From Alteromonas sp. (lineage in GTDB: Bacteria; Margulisbacteria; Marinamargulisbacteria; UBA6595): a stretch of DNA of 64,000 nucleotides. Positions within the stretch are counted from its first letter, which is position 1; every line of letters begins with the position of its first letter. Shown here piece by piece: positions 9,274-19,269 of the stretch. The translations under genes were made by a program, and so were the position numbers. Below the pieces are notes generated by a model. It had not been told where the DNA came from and searched no databases. It saw only the letters and a list, made by a program, of their open reading frames with translations. The stretch covers positions 1 to 64,000 of the forward strand of contig CAXPTH010000023.1 in assembly GCA_964220215.1 (NCBI GenBank), written 5' to 3'.

Positions 9274-10350
9274 ATGTCTCGGTTAAGCAAAACAATTTTA
9301 AACAACTTTAGCACCTACTTTATGATTAGCGTTGTTTTGTTCACCAGCATTCTTACTGGAACGGCTATTATGTTCGAGGCCATTACGATGGCCTTTGAGT
9401 TTGGGTTAAACGCCTTAGACCTTATTATTTTAATTGTATACCAAGCCCCCCGACTCATTACCTACAGCTTCGGGTTATCCGCCCTGATTGTGGGCAGCAT
9501 CATCACCAGTAGCATGAGCCAAAACCGAGAACTTGTTGCGCTGCGAGCCGCCGGCGTTGGCTATGGGCGGGTCTTTCGGCTGTTGGTCGTATGCGGCGCC
9601 ATCATTACCCTGGGATTCATCGGCATTAACGAGACACTCGTCCCCTATTGTGAACGCCAAGTGGATGACTTTCAGTACTACCTTCAAGAAACCAAGCAGC
9701 CCAATATTCAGCCAGGAACCAGCTACATTGAATACGACGGCAAACAACCCAAGAGACTCATTTATGTCCACGATGCTAACGAGAATCAACTCAACGATAT
9801 AACATTAATTGATTACACACAAACGGGTGGCGTTCAAAGCATCTCACAAGCCAAATCCGGCGCATGGTTACCCGGCCTGGGTTGGCGATTTTACAATGGA
9901 CTGCTCTACGCATTAAGCGGGCAATCCCTCATTGAGATTGGCTATGAGCGTCAGCATATTAACCTCATTGATTTTCGCAAGCAATCCAGCCGATCCGTTC
10001 GGGAACTGAATAGCTATGACCTCTACCACGCATTAATTCAAAAAAACAAAGCGGGAACAAAGACCCCCCAAGAATGGGTCGAGTTTCATTTAAAATTTGC
10101 CCTGCCGGTATCCTGCCTCATTTTTACACTGCTGGGCGCAGCCTTGGGGGTTCAGCCCATGCGTCAGCGGCAATCCAACCCGCTCGGGGCATGCGCGCTA
10201 ATTATTATTGGGTATTACGTGATCCTATCCATCGCCACCAGCATCGCCATGAACGGCACCCTATCCCCAGCACTCGCTGCCTGGCTGCCCAATGGCGTCA
10301 TGGGGGGGCTAATGGTGTATGTCTTGCGAAACCGATTAACCCACCGATAA
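9274..10350 (+). CDS. LptF/LptG family LPS export permease
   Basis: ELVALRAAG, INETLVP, periplasmic beta region, KFALPVSCLIF, AAWLPN. Confidence 0.9.
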   Translation: MSRLSKTILNNFSTYFMISVVLFTSILTGTAIMFEAITMAFEFGLNALDLIILIVYQAPRLITYSFGLSALIVGSIITSSMSQNRELVALRAAGVGYGRVFRLLVVCGAIITLGFIGINETLVPYCERQVDDFQYYLQETKQPNIQPGTSYIEYDGKQPKRLIYVHDANENQLNDITLIDYTQTGGVQSISQAKSGAWLPGLGWRFYNGLLYALSGQSLIEIGYERQHINLIDFRKQSSRSVRELNSYDLYHALIQKNKAGTKTPQEWVEFHLKFALPVSCLIFTLLGAALGVQPMRQRQSNPLGACALIIIGYYVILSIATSIAMNGTLSPALAAWLPNGVMGGLMVYVLRNRLTHR

Positions 10351-10398
10351 GCATCATTTAGATATTGACAGAGCCAGTAGACGATGCCAACAGACCGT

Positions 10399-11454
10399 CT
10401 AGCCCGCCTCTTGAAACGACTCAATAATTTTCCGTTGCTTTTTAGATAGTTTTTTGGGAATATCCACACTAATTTTGACATACTGGTCCCCACGGCCAAA
10501 CCCTTTCAAATGTTTAATCCCTTTACTTTTTAATCGAAACCGTGTCCCCGGCTGCGTCCCTTCTGGAATCCGCAACGTTGCCGTTCCTTCAATGGTTTTA
10601 ACATCCAACTGTGCACCCAATAAAGCATCCACAAATGAAATCGTTTCTTCACTGTACAAATCATCGCCATCGCGCTCAAACACAGCATGATCCCGGACAT
10701 GAATCACCACATACAAGTCCCCCGGAGGGCCACCCCGTTGCCCAGCATTACCGCCGCCGTCTACCCGAAGCTTCGTGCCTGAACCAATACCGGCGGGAAT
10801 ATTCAAATCCAAGGATTTGGTCTTTTTGGCTACCCCATGCCCCTTACAGTCGGTGCATTTATCTTTAATGGTTTTGCCCTCACCGCGACAATCCGGACAG
10901 GTTGTAATCTGCGCAAACTGCCCCAACATGGTTTGCTGAACATGCTGAATTTCACCACTCCCCTGGCATCGGGAACAGGTATCCACCGACGAGCCTGGCT
11001 TTGCGCCGCTTCCATCACAGGGTTTGCACATGGCCAAATGCTCGTATTCAACCGTTCGCGTACAGCCATCCACAACATCTTCCAAGGTAATGGTGCAATC
11101 GTAGCGCAAGCTGTCGCCCTGGGTGGCCCGCTGTTGACTGCGCCGACCACCGCCACCAAACACAGAATCAAAAATATCCTCCATGCTGCCAAAGCCACCA
11201 AAACCACCACCACCAAAGCCACCAAAACCGCCGGCACCCGGCTGATCATCAGTCACGCCGTACTGATCGTATTGGGCACGCTTTTGCGAATCAGACAAAA
11301 TGTCATACGCTTTTTGAACCTCGTTAAACTTGGTCTGCGCACCCGGATCCTTATTCACATCCGGGTGATATTGGCGGGCTAACTTTCGATACGCCCGCTT
11401 AATATCTGCGTCACTGGCTGACGCATCAATGCCCAATACCTGATACAAATCCAT
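10399..11454 (-). CDS. dnaJ: chaperone DnaJ
   Basis: HPD J-domain, G/F region, four CxxCxGxG zinc motifs. Confidence 0.97.
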   Translation of the reverse strand: MDLYQVLGIDASASDADIKRAYRKLARQYHPDVNKDPGAQTKFNEVQKAYDILSDSQKRAQYDQYGVTDDQPGAGGFGGFGGGGFGGFGSMEDIFDSVFGGGGRRSQQRATQGDSLRYDCTITLEDVVDGCTRTVEYEHLAMCKPCDGSGAKPGSSVDTCSRCQGSGEIQHVQQTMLGQFAQITTCPDCRGEGKTIKDKCTDCKGHGVAKKTKSLDLNIPAGIGSGTKLRVDGGGNAGQRGGPPGDLYVVIHVRDHAVFERDGDDLYSEETISFVDALLGAQLDVKTIEGTATLRIPEGTQPGTRFRLKSKGIKHLKGFGRGDQYVKISVDIPKKLSKKQRKIIESFQEAG

Positions 11455-11456
11455 AA

Positions 11457-13370
11457 TTATTTAGCCGTTTTTTCTTTGTCTTCTTCGGACTTTTCTTGAA
11501 AATCAGCGTCTACCACATCATCGTCTTTGGACGAGTTGGCTGTAGCCTCAGCGGCATTGGCCTCCGCCTCCGGAGCTGCGGCTTTGTACAACTCTTCGGC
11601 AAACTGATGAACTTCTTTTTGTGCCGCTTCAAAGGCTGTTTTGATCGCCTCCGAATCATCCGACTCCAAGGCTGTTTTAACACTGGCTAGTGCTGTTTCA
11701 ATTTTTGCTTTGGTTTCATCGCTAATTTTGTCCTTACCGTCGGATACCATTTTTTCGGTATTGTACACAAATGAATCCGCTTCGTTGCGCACTTCAATCG
11801 CGGCTTTTTTCTTTTCATCATCCGCTGCATTTTTCTCTGCGTCTTGCGTCATGCGCTCCACATCCTCTTTTGACAAGCCAGAGCCCGTTGTAATCGTGGC
11901 CGTTTGCTCTTTTCCCGTGCCCTTATCTTTGGCTTTAACGTTTAAAATACCGTTGGCATCAATATCAAACGTGACTTCAATTTGAGGCACACCCCGGGGG
12001 GCTGAGGGAATCCCACTCAAGGTAACTTCTCCCAACAATCGGTTGTCTTCAGCCATAGCACGCTCCCCTTGAAACACCCGCACCTGTACGCTGGTCTGAT
12101 TGTCCGCTGCTGTTGAAAACACTTGGCTTTTGGAGGTTGGAATGGTGGTGTTTTTTTCAACCAATTTTGTTGCCACCCCACCCAAGGTTTCGATGCTCAA
12201 TGACAACGGCGTCACATCCAACAAGACCACGTCTTTGACATCTCCAGACAATACAGCACCTTGAATGGCAGCGCCCATCGCCACAACCTCGTCTGGGTTA
12301 ACCCCTTTGCTCGGTGCTTTACCGAAAAATTTCTCAACGGCATTTTGAATGGCTGGAATTCGGGTCGTGCCGCCAACTAAAATAATTTCATGAATGTCTG
12401 ATTTGGCCAATCCGGCATCGGTTAGCGCCACTTGACATGGCGTCATGGACCGCTCGATAACATCGGCAATCATTTGCTCAAATTTTGACCGAGGCAAGTC
12501 CAAGTTTAAGTGTTTGGGCCCCGTATTATCCGCCGTGATAAAGGGCAGGTTAATGGACGTCGTTTGGGCGCTCGACAATTCAATCTTAGCTTTTTCTGCG
12601 GATTCTTTTAACCGCTGTAAAGCCATATGATCGCTGCTTAAATCAATGCCTTGATCTTTTTTGAATTCTGAAATTAACCAATCAATAATAATTTGGTCAA
12701 TGTCATCCCCGCCCAAGTGCGTGTCCCCATTGGTTGACAACACTTCAAAAACGCCATCGCCGATTTCTAAAATCGACACATCAAAGGTCCCGCCGCCAAA
12801 GTCATACACAACAATTTTTTGATCATTTTGCTTGTCCAGGCCATAGGATAGCGCCGCTGCGGTTGGCTCATTGATAATACGCAACACCTCCAAACCGGCG
12901 ATTTGACCCGCATCTTTGGTCGCTTGGCGCTGACTATCATTAAAATAGGCCGGAACCGTAATCACCGCTTGCGTTACGGACTCCCCCAAATACGCCTCAG
13001 CATCCGCCTTGATTTTTTGCAACACTTTGGCTGAAATTTCTGGTGGCGTGTACGCTTTACCTCCAGCTGAAATTGTAATAACCCCGTCTTTTCGGTGGCC
13101 CACTGTGTAAGGCACCATTTTTTCTTCACTGCCAACTTCATCGTGGCGTCGCCCAATAAATCGCTTCGCTGAGTAGACCGTATTTTCAGCATTGGTTACC
13201 GCTTGTCGTTTGGCAGCGGCACCCACCAATACCTCTTCACCGGCAAAGGCTACGACGGACGGTGTGGTTCGATTGCCTTCAGCGTTGGTAATGACAACGG
13301 GCTCGCCGCCTTCCATGACCGCCACACACGAGTTGGTTGTTCCTAAATCAATTCCAATTATTTTTCCCAT
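11457..13370 (-). CDS. dnaK: chaperone DnaK
   Basis: [32 protein letters not shown]. Confidence 0.99.
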   Translation of the reverse strand: MGKIIGIDLGTTNSCVAVMEGGEPVVITNAEGNRTTPSVVAFAGEEVLVGAAAKRQAVTNAENTVYSAKRFIGRRHDEVGSEEKMVPYTVGHRKDGVITISAGGKAYTPPEISAKVLQKIKADAEAYLGESVTQAVITVPAYFNDSQRQATKDAGQIAGLEVLRIINEPTAAALSYGLDKQNDQKIVVYDFGGGTFDVSILEIGDGVFEVLSTNGDTHLGGDDIDQIIIDWLISEFKKDQGIDLSSDHMALQRLKESAEKAKIELSSAQTTSINLPFITADNTGPKHLNLDLPRSKFEQMIADVIERSMTPCQVALTDAGLAKSDIHEIILVGGTTRIPAIQNAVEKFFGKAPSKGVNPDEVVAMGAAIQGAVLSGDVKDVVLLDVTPLSLSIETLGGVATKLVEKNTTIPTSKSQVFSTAADNQTSVQVRVFQGERAMAEDNRLLGEVTLSGIPSAPRGVPQIEVTFDIDANGILNVKAKDKGTGKEQTATITTGSGLSKEDVERMTQDAEKNAADDEKKKAAIEVRNEADSFVYNTEKMVSDGKDKISDETKAKIETALASVKTALESDDSEAIKTAFEAAQKEVHQFAEELYKAAAPEAEANAAEATANSSKDDDVVDADFQEKSEEDKEKTAK

Positions 13371-13373
13371 AAC

Positions 13374-14006
13374 TTATTGCTCCTTTTTTTCTTTTTTTAC
13401 TGCTTTTTCTTCCGACTGATTTGCCGACGTTTCCGCGGACTTTGTGTCTGGACCGGTTGACACAATCACCATGGCTGGCCGGACAACCCGATCATAGTAG
13501 GTGTAGCCCGTTTGAACCACTTGAACAATGTGATTCGCCGGTACCGTATCCGAGGCCACCTGACTAATGGCTTGATGGCAATGCGGATCAAAGGCCCCAT
13601 CGGTTTGAATCGGCACCACCGATGATTTTTCCAATAAACCTAAGATTTGTTGCTGGATTAACACAAATCCAGCAACAACCGATGTTTGATCCGTTTGGCC
13701 ATCCGATGCCTTGTCTTGGGCTGGGTTGGCAAACGCCATGGCTTGATCAAAACCATCTAAAATTGGGATTAAATCCCGAATAAATGACTCCAACGCAAAT
13801 TTCACCGCTGTCTCTTTATCCTGCTGCAAGCGACGCTTAAAATTTTCGCTATCCGCCCGAACACGAAGCAATTGATCTTTATGCTCAGCGACAGCGGCTT
13901 CAAGCGCTGCTTGAGTGGCATGGACTGCCGATTCATCGGTGTCGGGTTGCGTGGCATTCTGCGTCGAGATGGGCTCGTCTACAGACTCCTGGGCATGCTC
14001 ACTCAT
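13374..14006 (-). CDS. grpE: nucleotide exchange factor GrpE
   Basis: ADSENFKRR, FDPHCHQA, QTGY...RPAMV; AGGAGG before ATG 14006. Confidence 0.95.
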   Translation of the reverse strand: MSEHAQESVDEPISTQNATQPDTDESAVHATQAALEAAVAEHKDQLLRVRADSENFKRRLQQDKETAVKFALESFIRDLIPILDGFDQAMAFANPAQDKASDGQTDQTSVVAGFVLIQQQILGLLEKSSVVPIQTDGAFDPHCHQAISQVASDTVPANHIVQVVQTGYTYYDRVVRPAMVIVSTGPDTKSAETSANQSEEKAVKKEKKEQ

Positions 14007-14134
14007 AGTCAAAACCTCCTTGTTTGTTTAATTTTATTACACCGGTGTTCCATTTATGAACACCTTGTTCTTTACTCGTTTTAGTGTACCACACGTAACG
14101 ATTATCTATCGACCTTGTCATGCTTTTATAAGTG

Positions 14135-14151
14135 TGCACACTTTGTGCCAA
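14135..14151 (-). promoter_or_regulatory. putative sigma54 (-24/-12) promoter for grpE-dnaK-dnaJ
   Basis: Minus strand TTGGCACAAAGTGTGCA = TGGCAC with GG-N10-GC spacing; overlaps palindrome AAGTGTGCACACTT (14130-14143). Confidence 0.45.
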
Positions 14152-14178
14152 CTACCGAACCCCGGTTTGTCTTTCGGC

Positions 14179-15399
14179 TTAAATATACCCAACTGGAATT
14201 GCATCAACGTCACGGGATAGTGGAATGGCGTCTTCTCGAAGACAAATAACCGCACCATGACCGATGGGTTTACCCAGCCTTTCTAATACTGAAAAGTGCT
14301 TAGCCGCAGACATCGACGGCGTTGCCGTTTTTTTGAATTCTACAGGATAGAGGGCACCCCCGGTGTCTATTACAAGATCAATTTCTTTTTGATCCGCATC
14401 ACGGTAGTAGTAAACATGGGCATCTAACCCATTATGCCAATAACTTTTCAGTATTTCTATAAACATGTAGGTCTCTAATATAGCCCCAGACATTGCCCCT
14501 TTTTCCAATGATTCCGGGTCCACCCACCGCGTTAAATACGCACAAAGACCTGTATCTAAAAAGTAGACTTTCGGTGCTTTTACCAGACGTTTTGTTACAT
14601 TGCTATAATACGGTCGGAGCAAATAAACTAGCCCGGATGTTTCGAGGACTGAAAGCCAAGATTTTGACGTTTTCACATCAATACCAACGTCTCTGGCAAT
14701 ATCTGAATAATTTAAAAGCTGACCGGTTCGTGCTGCAACGGCACTAATAAAATTATAAAACGCTGTGTTGTCCGAAACATTCAAACTATCTTTTACATCC
14801 CGATTAATATAGGTTTGGATATAGGAGCTGTAAAACCGCCCGCTTGTTTTCTTATCGGCATACTGGATTGCTTTAGGATAAGAACCCCTCCATATTTGAT
14901 TGTAGACATCCATGACGGGCTTGGATCCTTTGAACCGGTTTTTTTCAATCCATTCTTTTGTTGGCATAAATGGCATTTGTTTTTGGGCATTGCCATTAAT
15001 CTCTGATTGAGAAAATCCAAGAAGATCAACAATTGCAACACGTCCAGCCAAACTTTCTGTAATGCCCTTCATGAGATGAAATTTCTGAGAACCGGTTAAC
15101 CAGTACATACCCTCTTTCTTATGCTTGTCTACCGCCATTTTTATATAACTAAACAGGTTGGGTGCATACTGAACTTCATCAATAATTAGTGGGGCTTTGT
15201 ATGTTTGAATAAATAGCCCTGGGTCGTTTTGAGCCATTTGACGCGCATCCAGATCATCCAGTGTTACATAACCTCTATGATTTTCTTTGCACATCTCCAG
15301 CAAGGTTGTTTTTCCCACTTGCCTTGGACCAGTAATCAGAAGCACAGGAAACGCTTTACTGATCTCTTCAACTGTTTTTTCTAAGGTTCTTTTATACAC
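14179..15399 (-). CDS. AAA+ ATPase (AAA_14 + DUF4143 type)
   Basis: GPRQVGKT, IIDEVQ, LTGS, ESLAGR, KAPKVYFLDTGL, EID...VEFK; GTG 15399 with GGAG upstream; more AT-rich than flanks. Confidence 0.88.
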   Translation of the reverse strand: MYKRTLEKTVEEISKAFPVLLITGPRQVGKTTLLEMCKENHRGYVTLDDLDARQMAQNDPGLFIQTYKAPLIIDEVQYAPNLFSYIKMAVDKHKKEGMYWLTGSQKFHLMKGITESLAGRVAIVDLLGFSQSEINGNAQKQMPFMPTKEWIEKNRFKGSKPVMDVYNQIWRGSYPKAIQYADKKTSGRFYSSYIQTYINRDVKDSLNVSDNTAFYNFISAVAARTGQLLNYSDIARDVGIDVKTSKSWLSVLETSGLVYLLRPYYSNVTKRLVKAPKVYFLDTGLCAYLTRWVDPESLEKGAMSGAILETYMFIEILKSYWHNGLDAHVYYYRDADQKEIDLVIDTGGALYPVEFKKTATPSMSAAKHFSVLERLGKPIGHGAVICLREDAIPLSRDVDAIPVGYI

Positions 15400-15502
15400 A
15401 TGCAATCTCCGTTTATTTTGGAACTTGTTTCCAATATATACGACAATCGTCAATAAATCAAGCGTTTATTGCGTATGACTGGCATAATTTGTACCAACCG
15501 GG

Positions 15503-16303
15503 TTAAGCATTGGTTGGTGGTGATAGCACCGGACCATAGCTGGCCGTTATTGTACAGCTTGGGTCGGCGAGTTGGGATCGAAGCACATAAAACTGATTGC
15601 CAACATCAAAGTGCCACCACTCATAGGGAAAATTGGTAAACCCAGCACGTGTCATCACTGAAAATAATAATCGGCGATTGTCCCGTATAGGTGAATCTTG
15701 TCCTTCAAAATAATTGGTATGCGCCCGGTCTCTAAAATCATCAAATTCCGTACCCATATCCAAAGGGTTCCCGTTGGCGTCTACTATCGTCACGTCCACC
15801 GACCCGCCAGTCAAATGCGGGGACGGGCAGTGCGGATCGTCCGACGGCAGTGACACAAAACGTTGAGTTTTAATGATTGCAAGACGGTCAAATTCAGCCT
15901 GATCTGCATCGGTACGGCGGTTCCCCAGATCAAACAACCGTTTCTCCTCCGGCGACGCCCACGCCGATGCATCCGCACACACTGTTGCCTTGTAGGCATC
16001 AAACAAGGCCTGTTGCACCGAAATGGGGCGCCACCCATCCCACACCTGCAACCTATAGCCTGGATGCGTCTCTTGCAAATACTGTTGAGCCAACAGAAGC
16101 TTGTCTAGGACCGTCTCTCGAACATAGATCTCCGGCAACGCGCCGTGAATGCCCTGAGCATAGTACGCCGAGGCCACCACCAACCCACTATCCCCAATGG
16201 AAACCAGGGGTTCACCCGTGTCTTGAATCGGTATTGTTTTCCAGGCCAACGACCATCGCTCGGGTGGGCAATCGATGCCGAAATGGCCGGGCGCCTGACT
16301 CAT
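15503..16303 (-). CDS. D-alanyl-D-alanine dipeptidase (VanX/DdpX, peptidase M15D)
   Basis: VWDGWRP, SPHLTGGSVDVT, LDMGTEFDDF, EWWHF; start ATG 16303 overlaps the murF stop (ATGA). Confidence 0.9.
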   Translation of the reverse strand: MSQAPGHFGIDCPPERWSLAWKTIPIQDTGEPLVSIGDSGLVVASAYYAQGIHGALPEIYVRETVLDKLLLAQQYLQETHPGYRLQVWDGWRPISVQQALFDAYKATVCADASAWASPEEKRLFDLGNRRTDADQAEFDRLAIIKTQRFVSLPSDDPHCPSPHLTGGSVDVTIVDANGNPLDMGTEFDDFRDRAHTNYFEGQDSPIRDNRRLLFSVMTRAGFTNFPYEWWHFDVGNQFYVLRSQLADPSCTITASYGPVLSPPTNA

Positions 16304-17601
16304 GTAAACGCCGTTTCCAAACGCATCCCGCGGGAGCCTTTCACCAAAATACATGCATCGTGTATGGGGTGCTGGTTTAAAAATACAGACAGGGCATCGG
16401 CATCATCAAAATGCAAGCAATCCAAACCGGCTTTGACCGATTTAAAGCCATGCCCCACTAAAATAATCTGATCAAATGTCTGGGTTTTTAATTGGGTAAC
16501 AATCGCCAAATGCTCAGACTCAGACACCGCCCCCAGCTCAAACATATCGCCTAAAATTACCCATTTGACTGTAGCTGGATACGCCGAAAAATACTGCAGC
16601 ATGGCGGCCATACTACTGGGGTTGGCGTTATAGGCATCCAGAATCACGCTATTGGATCCCCATTCAATGACTTGGGATCGATTGTTATCCGGCACATAGG
16701 CTTCAATCGCCGCTTGTATCTTGGGTAGAGGCACCCCCGCATGCACCCCCACACACGCCGCGGCCGCAATGTTATCGGCCTGAAATTGCCCCAGCAATGC
16801 GGAGCGAATCGTCACATGCTCGTGCGTATGGGTGTCAACGATCGATACCGACACTCGGGGATACGTGGCTGTAACCCGTGCAACGACCCGACCATGCGGT
16901 GTCTGATTCGTCTGGGCATAGCCAATGTGGGGCAGCCCGTTCAACTGTTCCATGAGTATGGCGTCATCACCATTGACAATCGCAGTGCCTGAATGGATAC
17001 GCAAATAATCATACACCTCGCAATTGGCCGCAATCACCCCCGCTATGGACCCATACCCTTCTAAATGATCTTTGCCACAATTGGTAATTAAGCCATAATC
17101 CGGTTGCGCAATATCACACAGAACCGCATGCTCACCCGGGTGATTGGCACCCAATTCAATCACCGCATACCGGCACGATTTCGGAATCGCCAAGATACTC
17201 AACGGCACCCCAATATGATTGTTTAAGTTTCCCGTTGTGGCGTGCGTCGGATAGTGAGCCCCCAAAACCGCCGCCAGGAGATTTTTGGTGGTGGTTTTCC
17301 CATTGGACCCCGCAACGACGACAACCGTTGTCTCGGTCAATGTTTGTCTATACAATCGGGCCAAGTCTTGCAACGCAGCCTCTGCATTGTCTACCAATAA
17401 ACAGCGGTCATCGTGTTGATACGCTGGATCGTCAATCACCGCATAGGCAGCCCCATGGTTCAGGGCATCGGATACATAAGCATGCCCATCGGCCGTTTCC
17501 CCACGCAACGCAAAAAAAATACCCCCCGGTTGAACCAAATTCGAATGAATCGCCACCCCTGGATGGTGCGCCATTACCGCCATTAACACTGTCATGGTCA
17601 T
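16300..17601 (-). CDS. murF: UDP-MurNAc-tripeptide--D-Ala-D-Ala ligase
   Basis: GSNGKTTTK, GNLNNHIGVP, ELGANHPGE, DAYNANPSSM, LGDMFELG, LVKGSRG; start set at ATG 17601 downstream of the predicted promoter. Confidence 0.94.
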   Translation of the reverse strand: MTMTVLMAVMAHHPGVAIHSNLVQPGGIFFALRGETADGHAYVSDALNHGAAYAVIDDPAYQHDDRCLLVDNAEAALQDLARLYRQTLTETTVVVVAGSNGKTTTKNLLAAVLGAHYPTHATTGNLNNHIGVPLSILAIPKSCRYAVIELGANHPGEHAVLCDIAQPDYGLITNCGKDHLEGYGSIAGVIAANCEVYDYLRIHSGTAIVNGDDAILMEQLNGLPHIGYAQTNQTPHGRVVARVTATYPRVSVSIVDTHTHEHVTIRSALLGQFQADNIAAAACVGVHAGVPLPKIQAAIEAYVPDNNRSQVIEWGSNSVILDAYNANPSSMAAMLQYFSAYPATVKWVILGDMFELGAVSESEHLAIVTQLKTQTFDQIILVGHGFKSVKAGLDCLHFDDADALSVFLNQHPIHDACILVKGSRGMRLETAFT

Positions 17602-17611
17602 ATAAATGTTG

Positions 17612-17653
17612 AGTGTAGACAACTTTGCAACTACGGTCAAACTGAGATAGACT
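17612..17653. promoter_or_regulatory. overlapping divergent sigma70 promoters for murF and gpmI
   Basis: Minus: TTGACC(17640-17635)-17-TACACT(17617-17612); plus: TTGCAA(17625-17630)-17-TAGACT(17648-17653). Confidence 0.65.
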
Positions 17654-17661
17654 AAATAGGT

Positions 17662-19269
17662 ATGAACCGTATACTACATCCATCGGGAAATCATCGGCCC
17701 GTTTTGTTAATTATCATGGATGGGGTTGCCATCGGTAACCAAGACGAATTTGATGCCGTTTACCAGGCTAAGACGCCGCATTTGGATGCCCTGTACCAAT
17801 CCGAGTTGTTTTGTACATTAAAGGCCCACGGAACGGCTGTTGGTATGCCCAGTGATTCAGACATTGGCAACAGCGAGGTGGGGCACAACACGTTGGGTGC
17901 CGGACGGGTGATCCCCCAAGGAGCAAGCTTGGTTAAAACAGCCATTGACACCCAGTCGTTATTTCGCAGCGATAGTTGGACAACCGCCATCCAAACCGTG
18001 AAAAACAATACGAGCACCTTGCATTTAATCGGGTTGTTATCCGATGGCAATGTTCATGCCCATTTGGACCATACGATTGCCCTGATTCAAGCCGCAGCGG
18101 ACGCGGGGGTTTCGCGGTGTCGGCTGCATAGTTTACTGGATGGACGCGACGTTGCGCCCCAATCGGCTTTAGGTTATCTGGATCGCTTGGATGCGGTGTT
18201 GGCGCCCATTAATACCCAGTACGACTACCGCATTGCTTCAGGTGGTGGGCGTATGCGCATAACGATGGATCGCTACAATGCCGATTGGGCCATGGTTCAG
18301 CGCGGTTGGAATACCCATGTGTTGGGACTAGCCCCTCACGTATCGAGTGCCCGGGATGCCATTGAAGCCGCCTATGTTCAAAATCCGAACATCACGGACC
18401 AAGACATTGAGCCGTTTGTTGTTGCTGATGCCCACGGCCCCATTGGATGCATCCACGATGGGGATGCGGTCTTGTTGACCAATTTTCGGGGGGACCGTGC
18501 CATTGAGTTGTCTCAGTGTTTTGACTCAGACGCCACATTTGATCGGTTTGACCGCCAACGAGTCCCCGATGTGTTTTTTGCTGGTATGATGCAATACGAT
18601 GGGGACTTGGCCATTCCCCAGCATTTTTTAGTGCCGCCGCCCCAAATTGAAGACCCCTTGAGCCACTATTTGTGCGGGACTGGGATTCGATCCTTTGCCA
18701 TTTCTGAAACTCAAAAATATGGCCATGTTACCTATTTTTGGAATGGAAACAATTCGGGGTATGTGGACCCAGCCTGCGAACGCTATATTGAAATTTTGGG
18801 TGATCCCCGCCCGTTTGAAGAACAGCCGGCCATGCAATCTGTGGCCATTACCGATGCAGCTATTGACTGCATTCGTTCGGGTGATTACACCTTTGGGCGG
18901 ATTAATTTTCCCAATGGGGATATGATTGGACATACCGGCAATTTAGCCGCCGCTATTGCCTCGGTTGAGGCGGTGGATGCGTGTGTCAATCGCTTGGTCG
19001 ACGCCATGCGTGCACTGGGGGGTATTACTGTAATTTTAGCGGATCATGGCAATGCCGATGCCATGGGCCAGCGCGACGCAACGGGTCGGGTCACGCCCAT
19101 AACCGCCCATACCTGCAATCCGGTACCCTGCTGCATTGTGGATGCTCCTGAGTTTGCGTGGGTTCCCGTTGAGCAGCCGGGTCTCAGCCACATTGCCAGT
19201 ACGCTGTGTGTCTTGATGGGCTATGAAGCCCCTGCCGGATTTAATCCAGCCTTGGTGACGCGCCGATGA
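17662..19269 (+). CDS. gpmI: 2,3-bisphosphoglycerate-independent phosphoglycerate mutase
   Basis: IMDG, GNSEVGH, LSDGNVH, DGRD, NFRGDRA, SETQKYGHVTYF, DMIGHTG, ADHGN. Confidence 0.96.
   Translation: MNRILHPSGNHRPVLLIIMDGVAIGNQDEFDAVYQAKTPHLDALYQSELFCTLKAHGTAVGMPSDSDIGNSEVGHNTLGAGRVIPQGASLVKTAIDTQSLFRSDSWTTAIQTVKNNTSTLHLIGLLSDGNVHAHLDHTIALIQAAADAGVSRCRLHSLLDGRDVAPQSALGYLDRLDAVLAPINTQYDYRIASGGGRMRITMDRYNADWAMVQRGWNTHVLGLAPHVSSARDAIEAAYVQNPNITDQDIEPFVVADAHGPIGCIHDGDAVLLTNFRGDRAIELSQCFDSDATFDRFDRQRVPDVFFAGMMQYDGDLAIPQHFLVPPPQIEDPLSHYLCGTGIRSFAISETQKYGHVTYFWNGNNSGYVDPACERYIEILGDPRPFEEQPAMQSVAITDAAIDCIRSGDYTFGRINFPNGDMIGHTGNLAAAIASVEAVDACVNRLVDAMRALGGITVILADHGNADAMGQRDATGRVTPITAHTCNPVPCCIVDAPEFAWVPVEQPGLSHIASTLCVLMGYEAPAGFNPALVTRR

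Noticed and set aside
11140..11240. ccacca/ccaaaa short repeats in dnaJ
   Set aside because: They encode the ordinary Gly/Phe-rich linker
14021..14178. CIRCE element upstream of grpE
   Set aside because: The inverted repeats present do not match TTAGCACTC-N9-GAGTGCTAA
15503..16303. Vancomycin resistance cluster
   Set aside because: No vanA/B ligase, vanH or vanRS nearby; M15D dipeptidases are widespread
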